This document shows, piece by piece, positions 26,729-32,355 of a stretch of 32,355 bases of DNA (its first letter is position 1; every line of letters starts with the position of its first letter). The DNA is taken from contig CAYYZT010000001.1 in NCBI GenBank assembly GCA_964476015.1, forward strand, positions 1-32,355, written 5' to 3'. The notes under the pieces were generated by a model. The model saw nothing but the letters and a program-made list of their open reading frames with translations. It had not been told where the DNA came from and made no database searches. Source of the stretch: an uncultured Chitinophaga sp. (GTDB taxonomy: Bacteria > Bacteroidota > Bacteroidia > Chitinophagales > CAIOSU01). Made by a program: the position numbers and the translations under genes.

Positions 26729-26740
26729 CGGACAGTTACC
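26729..26740. repeat. Right copy of the inverted repeat flanking the integrase gene
   Basis: CGGACAGTTACC is the exact reverse complement of 25676-25687. Confidence 0.55.
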
Positions 26741-26823
26741 TAATAATACTATAGCACACAAATTGTAAAATTGTATTATCATAATTATGATTACATAATC
26801 ATAAAATATATGTTATAAACATA

Positions 26824-28185
26824 TTATTTTGATAATATTCTTTTTATCGAAGTAAAAAATGAAGTATTCATTTGTTCCTTGTGAATTTTATAAAGAAGTA
26901 TTGAAGCAACTAGATTGAAAAACAAGGCCAAGGCATTTAATACATAAATAACGTTAAAGGCTTCAAACAACAAAAATATATGTTTGCTGCTTATTGGAAA
27001 AATAAAATAAACAATAATAAACCACAAAAGAGAGAAAACTAAACCTCCCAATCTAGTTAATCTAGCATAAGGATTTTCTTTTATGGCTCCTAGACTTACT
27101 TTATAAAATAGAGTTAATGATAAAGTAATAAATATGGCTATAAAATGAATTTCTGGCAGAATTATAGTATTAATTGGAAATGCTTCTTTAATAGTGCTTA
27201 ACCTTGTGGCATCTAAGCCGTAAGCAAAAAACATCGATAAAAGAAATGCGAACAAAACATTATTGACTATTGGATGGATTTCATTTTGGATCCCAAAGTG
27301 AAACTTTAGATCCTTAACTTTATCTTCCAATTTTACTAATTTAAATTTCCCATCCTCTGGTCTGTAGTAGTGACGTTCTTCAATTCCTTTTTCAATCCAT
27401 TCTTTAATATACTTTGCACTATTAGTTTCTAACGATTGAAAAGGATTATCCTTAAATGACTCTTTAGCATTATCGTCCTTAGAAATCTCTGCATACATAT
27501 TTTTTGCGGTATAGGAATAAGGCATTATAAAGTAAATGGAATTATCCAAGCATTCCAAGCAGGAGAAATCATCAAAAGCAATAGCAAATTCAAGTTTATC
27601 AAATTTTTCCTTTGCTTTAACCTCTACTACTGAAAAGTTTATCAATTCAATTGAATCCAATAAATTATTATCCTCGGGTTGTACGCGATATTCAAGAGAT
27701 GAGTCATTCTTACTGATATCTCTTGCATCTATTATTTTGGCAATTGTAGGTGCTTGAGTAGCATCTGATATGTCTTGTACTAGCAAATAGTTGCTGCTTA
27801 CAATTACGTCCTCAGTATATTCTTTCTGAAAGACATCAATATATGCTGCACGAAACTCATTGCTATTATTGAGCACATCGGTTTTCTCTCCCCAAACAGC
27901 TTTCCAAGGAACTATCTCGTTCTTAAAGGTAGAGTTTTTGTTGAAATGCTTAAAATCATATTTTTTATCGCTTTCAAGCTTCGTTTTTATTTGTATGCTA
28001 TAATCTTGTTTTAATTTAACTTTTTTTCTACTATCCTGCTTATCTCTTGCCCCAACAACAATTGCATTATATATGTACAGCGTTTTTAAATCGTTTTCCC
28101 AAAAGACAACGCAATAAAGTTTTCTTACCGTTATTACCGGATATGAATGTTTATTAGCATTTACTATTTCAAGGGTTAATCTCAA
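26824..28185 (-). CDS. Unknown N-terminal domain (about 300 aa) plus a C-terminal 4-TM domain; candidate membrane effector
   Basis: C-terminal hydrophobic helices are VLFAFLLSMFFAYGL, IHFIAIFITLSLTLFY, LGGLVFSLLWFIIVYFIFPI and VIYVLNALALFFNLVASILLY. Its ATG overlaps the methyltransferase stop by 4 nt. Confidence 0.65.
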   Translation of the reverse strand: MRLTLEIVNANKHSYPVITVRKLYCVVFWENDLKTLYIYNAIVVGARDKQDSRKKVKLKQDYSIQIKTKLESDKKYDFKHFNKNSTFKNEIVPWKAVWGEKTDVLNNSNEFRAAYIDVFQKEYTEDVIVSSNYLLVQDISDATQAPTIAKIIDARDISKNDSSLEYRVQPEDNNLLDSIELINFSVVEVKAKEKFDKLEFAIAFDDFSCLECLDNSIYFIMPYSYTAKNMYAEISKDDNAKESFKDNPFQSLETNSAKYIKEWIEKGIEERHYYRPEDGKFKLVKLEDKVKDLKFHFGIQNEIHPIVNNVLFAFLLSMFFAYGLDATRLSTIKEAFPINTIILPEIHFIAIFITLSLTLFYKVSLGAIKENPYARLTRLGGLVFSLLWFIIVYFIFPISSKHIFLLFEAFNVIYVLNALALFFNLVASILLYKIHKEQMNTSFFTSIKRILSK

Positions 28186-28973
28186 TGTGGTTCCTTTTGG
28201 GTACTTGCAATTATATTTAACAATAAAGGTTCGCGCGGATTCATTGCGCCCAACTGCATATTCAGCTTACTTAAAGTATTCTTTTTTTTCTCAACAAGAC
28301 CAATTGTAATCACTTTTGTATCATAAACATAAAATCCTTGTTGTTCCATGTAAGCGATTAATACACTTTTACTCCAACAAAATGAATAACCTTCAAACTG
28401 ATGCCTATCTTTATTGTGAAAGATAGTCTTTGTAGAATCTAGAGAATCTTTTCTTATTTTCTCAGCCCATGTTCTTGTTGGCAAAGTAAGGAATAACACA
28501 CCATCATGACTTAATAAATTTCTAACCTTTTTCAAAAATTGTGTGGTTAAAAATGGATCGCATAATGTACTAACTATAAGATCGAATTTCCCTTTACTAT
28601 CAAAGTCAAATATAGAAGATATTTCATATCTATGAATTTTTGAATCAAATTTTTTTTTGCAAACATCAATCATTTTTGGTGATATATCCAAAACCGTTAT
28701 GTGTGCATTTGACTTAGAAAGCCAAGGTAATAATACTTCTAGACTAGAACCAGTCCCAACTCCTATATCAAGATATTTGAAGCTGGAAAGATTTTGAAAA
28801 CATTCTAGTTTTGAAAGTGATTTTAACCCCACTTTACCAGCTTCATCAAAATCTCTACATGTTTGATGTAACTCACTATCATACTCAAAGGCTATGTTTT
28901 CATAACAATACAAATTAATTTTATCTATTTCAATCAAATTGAAATCTGAATCGGAGGGAACTTTTTTAATCAT
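28182..28973 (-). CDS. Class I SAM-dependent methyltransferase
   Basis: Motif I is YLDIGVGTGSSLE, the acidic post-I motif is VLDISPKMIDV, and later motifs include FDLIVSTLCDPF. It has a 4-nt overlap with the Nudix gene. Confidence 0.75.
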   Translation of the reverse strand: MIKKVPSDSDFNLIEIDKINLYCYENIAFEYDSELHQTCRDFDEAGKVGLKSLSKLECFQNLSSFKYLDIGVGTGSSLEVLLPWLSKSNAHITVLDISPKMIDVCKKKFDSKIHRYEISSIFDFDSKGKFDLIVSTLCDPFLTTQFLKKVRNLLSHDGVLFLTLPTRTWAEKIRKDSLDSTKTIFHNKDRHQFEGYSFCWSKSVLIAYMEQQGFYVYDTKVITIGLVEKKKNTLSKLNMQLGAMNPREPLLLNIIASTQKEPH

Positions 28974-29428
28974 AGATTCAAATATTTCTCTTTGGTTAAA
29001 TTAAGCTCTTCCATAGATTCAAAATATCCTTTTATAATAGCGAGTTTGGCCCTAACAAGGTGATTATGAATTCCAGGAATACATTTCAGATGCTCTAGCT
29101 CTTTTATATCCTTTACCCAAGCATAATCTGCTATTTCGTTTGAAAGATTTAAGTTTTCATGTTTAGCTCTTACTAAAAAGGCAAGACCTACTGTAGTTTT
29201 AAATGTGTATGTATCAAGTAATACGGTTTCATCTAATATTTCTAATCCAGTCTCCTCCTTTACCTCCCTTCTGATAGTATCGATAACTGTTTCCCCTAGT
29301 TCAACTTTTCCACCAGGAAATGCCCACATAGAGGGAAAATTCTCTTCATCAGAGCCTCTTGCAATTAACAGGAATTTGCTATCGTACTCTATTAAAAAAG
29401 TAATTGTCAAATTAGGATGCTGCATCAT
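28970..29428 (-). CDS. Nudix hydrolase
   Basis: The Nudix box GX5EX7REVXEEXGU matches perfectly: G-KVELG-E-TVIDTIR-REVKEETGL. Confidence 0.85.
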   Translation of the reverse strand: MMQHPNLTITFLIEYDSKFLLIARGSDEENFPSMWAFPGGKVELGETVIDTIRREVKEETGLEILDETVLLDTYTFKTTVGLAFLVRAKHENLNLSNEIADYAWVKDIKELEHLKCIPGIHNHLVRAKLAIIKGYFESMEELNLTKEKYLNL

Positions 29429-29430
29429 AT

Positions 29431-30432
29431 CTAATTAAAGTAGCCTTTTAACACTTCAAGAGCTTGGTCGGAATCCATTTCCTCTGTCAAATCAAAGATT
29501 GAAATTTCCTTTCCCTCATGCGTAATAGTAGCATTATTGGTGATTAACTCAAAATCTTTTTGAAACTGCTTAGATAATGCTTTCCCAAACTGAAAACTTT
29601 CAGATTCAAGGACTCCATTGGATACGGAAAAATTTGAATTATACCTTTGCAATTCAACTAGTGCTTCAATCGGACCAGCGGATAGATGGACCCCATTCAT
29701 ACCTTGTGAAATTTCATTAAGCCCAAGAATATCCTTATTATCAAACAAAAATCGTCTGATACTTCCAACGTTTGCTTTTGCAGGGTTGGTTGCTCCAATT
29801 AAATTTTGCCTAGCAAATTTCCAAGTGGTGTCTCCAATTAGAGTAAAGGTAATAATAGACCTACCCTTTTCTATGAAATGTTTTAATTGTCGTGGATGGA
29901 ATCCATTGAGTACATAACTTTCTATCCCGTCAATCTTTATTAGTTCACAATATGTTCCTCCTCCTAGTTTAACATTACTCAGATTTTGCCATATATAGTC
30001 TAAAGAAAATGCGTTCAGCTCTTTATTCTCCGACAAGAACTCAATCCCTCCAACGCATTTGGTTTCATTAATATCCTTACCATAAATTTCTCTGAACTTT
30101 TCTTTTGCTTGTTCAGAAATGGCCTGTGGTCCACTGCTTGCAATTTTGTTGATTACGCCATAATGCTGGGCAATAATATTGTATTTTTCCAAATACTGTG
30201 CAGAGAGAATATTCACAGACTGAATTTGCAAACCAGCTTCACTAACTTTTCCAAGAATTTCCTCTAATATTCCTTTAAAGTTAATTCCTTGATTTTCTAT
30301 TGTTAGTTCTGGTTTGATAAAAAACAAGAATTGGTTTCTTCCCGTTAGTTCAGTTGCAGATTCATACACTACTTTCCTAAGTTCTTGGTTCTTATTGAAA
30401 TCTTTTAACGCGTCTAAAATTTTTTCTTTCAT
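29431..30432 (-). CDS. Divergent nucleoside-diphosphate-kinase-fold protein with a large insertion and a C-terminal extension
   Basis: Several segments align to canonical NDK. FLFFIKPE corresponds to F..IKP. LIGATNPAKANVGSIRRFLF corresponds to LGATNP....GT.R.D. MNGVHLSAGP corresponds to N..HGSD with the catalytic His retained. An insert of roughly 90 aa separates the two halves. Confidence 0.6.
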   Translation of the reverse strand: MKEKILDALKDFNKNQELRKVVYESATELTGRNQFLFFIKPELTIENQGINFKGILEEILGKVSEAGLQIQSVNILSAQYLEKYNIIAQHYGVINKIASSGPQAISEQAKEKFREIYGKDINETKCVGGIEFLSENKELNAFSLDYIWQNLSNVKLGGGTYCELIKIDGIESYVLNGFHPRQLKHFIEKGRSIITFTLIGDTTWKFARQNLIGATNPAKANVGSIRRFLFDNKDILGLNEISQGMNGVHLSAGPIEALVELQRYNSNFSVSNGVLESESFQFGKALSKQFQKDFELITNNATITHEGKEISIFDLTEEMDSDQALEVLKGYFN

Positions 30433-30519
30433 TGTAAAGTTTTAGGTAAATACCATCTATTTGCGTTAGCGAAGATAAGAATCTTAACTTTTCATTCCCG
30501 CTGTTAAGGAGAAATAATA

Positions 30520-31341
30520 TTGAGACTTTGTTTGAGAACCATTAAGATTGATGGCAATGAACCAACGGTATTGGTTGTTAAATTCAAACATGCAGGTTAT
30601 TTCTTTACCTTTACTTGCAAGTCTAATCGTTTTGCTATGACAAGTTGGAGTCTAGAAAAAGAGCTTCTAAATTTAACCGAACAGAAAGATGTTAGGTCCG
30701 CATTAATTGATTTAGATATAATCAATGAAGATGGAGGAGAAGCACACGTTACTTCGCAAACTATAGATTGGGAGCGCTCAGGAAGTGAAGTTTATACTTA
30801 CAGATTTAATGTCCGTCAGGATAATAAATCCGTGGATTGCATTATTAAGGCTTGTGTGGCTTTTTCACCTACGGGAACTTTGGACAACATATTAAATAGT
30901 TGGATTAATAAGCGAACTTTGTTGAACAATTACGACATTTCTTCTCCTAAGCTTTTCGGTTATGGTAAAGGTATAATTATAGAAGAGTTCATCCCTTTTG
31001 ATCTCCAGGAGATTTTAATTCAGAATAATGGCCTCTCAAGCATCCTTAGCCAGCTAGCCTTATATGCTGGGATTATAGCGCATTTAGGTTTTAAGCCCAT
31101 AGATGCTTTTAAAGATTTACGTTCTCGAGGAAGTGACGTAGTGGTAATCGATTTCGGAGAAGATTTAGGCATGCAAGGAGAAATGAATAAGGAAAGTGTA
31201 AGAAATGTTTTTGAAGATTTACTAGCTTACCTCAACGAAAGCGGGGCTTTATTAGAGGAAAAAGATACGAGCAAGATGAAAGGTTTGTTTGATATGGTAT
31301 GCAAGCTTCCCCCACGTCAAGCACCAACTCGTTTCAACTAG
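30520..31341 (+). CDS. Protein-kinase-like fold protein (atypical kinase)
   Basis: Kinase-like motifs are VDCIIKAC (a VAIK-like Lys), IIIEEFIPF (hinge-like) and VVVIDFGEDLG (a DFG motif). The track start is TTG at 30520, and the first ATG is at 30637 (MTSWS...). It is divergent from the NDK-like operon. Confidence 0.5.
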   Translation: MRLCLRTIKIDGNEPTVLVVKFKHAGYFFTFTCKSNRFAMTSWSLEKELLNLTEQKDVRSALIDLDIINEDGGEAHVTSQTIDWERSGSEVYTYRFNVRQDNKSVDCIIKACVAFSPTGTLDNILNSWINKRTLLNNYDISSPKLFGYGKGIIIEEFIPFDLQEILIQNNGLSSILSQLALYAGIIAHLGFKPIDAFKDLRSRGSDVVVIDFGEDLGMQGEMNKESVRNVFEDLLAYLNESGALLEEKDTSKMKGLFDMVCKLPPRQAPTRFN

Positions 31342-31380
31342 TTTAAAAATGTTGTTTGACACAAACTCAAAGCTTTATTT

Positions 31381-31401
31381 TTTTCTGCAAATTTTCTGCA
31401 A
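31381..31401. repeat. Tandem 10-nt direct repeat next to the tRNA 3' flank
   Basis: TTTTCTGCAA (31381-31390) is followed by a single A and then TTTTCTGCAA again (31392-31401). Confidence 0.6.
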
Positions 31402-31414
31402 GACACAAATAAAA

Positions 31415-31440
31415 AAGGGTTCCAGTTGCCTGAAACCCTT
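31415..31440 (-). terminator. Rho-independent terminator following tRNA-Val
   Basis: AAGGGTT (31415-31421) pairs with AACCCTT (31434-31440). On the minus strand the hairpin is followed by a T-run (the complement of the A-run at 31409-31414, whose next two A's, 31415-31416, pair within the stem). Confidence 0.6.
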
Positions 31441-31441
31441 G

Positions 31442-31516
31442 TGGGCGCTGCAGGATTCGAACCTGCGACCCTCTGCTTGTAAGGCAGATGCTCTGAACCA
31501 ACTGAGCTAAGCGCCC
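31442..31516 (-). tRNA. tRNA-Val: tRNA-Val (anticodon UAC)
   Basis: I folded the 75-nt cloverleaf by hand. The acceptor stem is GGGCGCT/AGCGCCC with discriminator A. The D stem is GCTC/GAGC. The anticodon stem is TCTGC/GCAGA with loop CTTACAA. The T arm is GCAGG-TTCGAAT-CCTGC. CCA is not encoded. Confidence 0.9.
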
Positions 31517-31548
31517 CTTACGTCAACCGCACTGTGCGTTTGGGACAG

Positions 31549-31556
31549 CAAATGTA
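31549..31556 (-). promoter_or_regulatory. Bacteroidota -7 promoter box (TAnnTTTG) for tRNA-Val
   Basis: The minus strand reads TACATTTG, 33-40 nt upstream of the tRNA 5' end. A partial -33 element (TTG) lies 20 nt further upstream. Confidence 0.45.
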
Positions 31557-31684
31557 GATGCTTTCCCAATATTTTCCAACTTTTAGAACGAAAAAAGCGA
31601 TTATTTTTTGGGTATTTTTTCAGCAACCATCACCTTCGTTTTTAAACTCCTCAATATCAAGGATTTTAAGTGCTTCCATTACAA

Positions 31685-32080
31685 CTATCTAATAAATCTA
31701 GCACGCTCTTCGGGGCTGGGTAGTCGGCAGTTTTCCATTTTGCCGAACCAACGGTAGCGGTTGCGGGCCACCAAATCATAAATCCAGTTGCGTAAGAAAG
31801 GAGGTACGATGATAAATACATAAAATATGGGCCATAGGCCAGCCATCTGTTTGGCTATCCGCAAGGCGGCCGTGGAGCGGGTATAAATCTTATCCTCTTC
31901 GATTAAGACCACCGAAGTGTACTCTTCGGCATTTAACCCAGCCTTAGTGAGCCTGTCTTTGGCAAAATCGGATTGCAGGGCGGCAAATTTGAAACGGAAC
32001 TTCGGATCCCGGTCCATTACGAAATTGACCGAGGCATTGCAAAAGTTGCACACGCCGTCGAACAGGATAATGCGTTCCAT
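31685..32080 (-). CDS. Thiol-disulfide oxidoreductase, DCC family (DUF393)
   Basis: The N-terminal motif is ILFDGVCNFCNASVNFV (CxxC). It has a C-terminal membrane-like segment and a 1-nt overlap (TAATG) with the upstream gene. Confidence 0.75.
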   Translation of the reverse strand: MERIILFDGVCNFCNASVNFVMDRDPKFRFKFAALQSDFAKDRLTKAGLNAEEYTSVVLIEEDKIYTRSTAALRIAKQMAGLWPIFYVFIIVPPFLRNWIYDLVARNRYRWFGKMENCRLPSPEERARFIR

Positions 32081-32355
32081 TACATTTTGATAAAACGGGC
32101 CGAACCCACAAACGCTCCCTTCGCATCGGTTACCTGCACAATGTACATGCCCGCTTGCAACAATTGGGTGGCAACACCATTGCGTACATTGGTTTCTTCC
32201 AAAAGCAGCCTGCCCGAAATATCGATTACGCGCACGGTGTACTCTTGCCCATCGGCTGGCAAATCCAAAAACAACCTATCAGTAGCCGGATTGGGGTACA
32301 CCTTTACGTTGGCAATGCTGTTGCGCTTTACAGGCTCTACAATACCCGTTAGCGG
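32080..32355 (-). CDS. C-terminal part of a T9SS (Por) sorting-domain protein; partial, N-terminus lies beyond the window
   Basis: YPNPATDRLFLDL...YTVRVIDISGRLL...GMYIVQV...ARFIK is the typical T9SS type A C-terminal domain. The reading frame stays open to the window edge. Confidence 0.7.
   Translation of the reverse strand, partial: PLTGIVEPVKRNSIANVKVYPNPATDRLFLDLPADGQEYTVRVIDISGRLLLEETNVRNGVATQLLQAGMYIVQVTDAKGAFVGSARFIKM

Larger units (their letters stand above)
13290..26760. mobile_element. Integrative mobilisable-element-like backbone (boundaries not determined)
   Basis: It carries ArdC, an XRE regulator, a relaxase, MobC, a T4CP and a tyrosine integrase. No T4SS mating-pore genes are present in the window. 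Composition shifts abruptly at about 13.3 kb, and again from about 23.65 kb into AT-rich cargo around the integrase. I found no att repeats. Confidence 0.45.

Noticed and set aside
26750-26757. The TATAGCAC half-site of the XRE-operator palindrome recurs upstream of the integrase.
   Set aside because: A single 8-mer half-site with no inverted partner is expected by chance about once in a window of this size.
26778-26791. A perfect 14-nt palindrome, ATCATAATTATGAT, lies between the integrase start and the end of the 4-TM gene.
   Set aside because: It consists almost entirely of A/T in a very AT-rich spacer. It may be a weak terminator or operator, but it is too low in complexity to call.
31289-31510. 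A plus-strand 73-aa ORF overlapping tRNA-Val.
   Set aside because: It reads through the antisense strand of the tRNA and its terminator, so it is an artefact of ORF calling.
1-32355. I looked for CRISPR arrays, rRNA genes, transposases or IS elements, and reverse transcriptase or retron genes.
   Set aside because: I saw no regularly spaced direct-repeat array, no rRNA-like sequence, no DDE or IS-type ORF and no RT motif (YxDD) in any long ORF. The only tandem repeats are the two-copy repeats already reported.

Overview
This looks like a Bacteroidota chromosome segment. The right edge carries a T9SS C-terminal sorting-domain gene, a DCC-family gene and a TAnnTTTG-type promoter box. Almost everything left of a tRNA-Val(UAC) gene (31442-31516, minus strand) looks like acquired island DNA with a mosaic base composition.

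From left to right the window contains:

1. A decayed ParE-like toxin with an intact upstream partner (1-472).
2. A roughly 12.5 kb, 11-gene minus-strand operon with overlapping genes (539-13099). It encodes an Ssp-type DNA phosphorothioation module: SspB (DUF4007-like), SspC (P-loop ATPase), SspD (PP-loop/PAPS reductase) and SspA (cysteine desulfurase). This is joined to a restriction-like module of a PLD-nuclease/SF2-helicase, a 72-aa protein, a DndD/SMC-like ATPase and a 170-aa protein, which resembles PbeABCD/SspFGH as I recall them. An unexpected two-gene insert (a multi-TM protein and a nucleoside 2-deoxyribosyltransferase-like protein) sits between sspD and sspA.
3. A visibly GC-richer mobilisation backbone (about 13.3-23.6 kb). 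It carries ArdC, lipoproteins, an XRE regulator, a relaxase, MobC and a T4 coupling protein, followed further right by a tyrosine integrase (25750-26688).
4. AT-rich cargo. This includes an orphan 461-aa gene and a translationally coupled four-gene operon of an NDK-fold protein, a Nudix hydrolase, a SAM methyltransferase and a 4-TM protein (26824-30432). A divergent kinase-like gene (30520-31341) sits beside that operon, and the whole cluster is wedged between the integrase and the tRNA.

The NDK/Nudix/MTase/TM/kinase-like cluster is my top candidate for an undescribed (defence-like) system. The TM + NDT-like insert in the ssp operon is second.

Several non-coding structures also deserve attention: a roughly 230-nt element closed by a 22-bp long-range helix just 3' of the integrase, inverted repeats flanking the integrase gene, and palindrome-rich non-coding regions that may hold oriT or an ncRNA. 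I saw no CRISPR array, rRNA or transposase.
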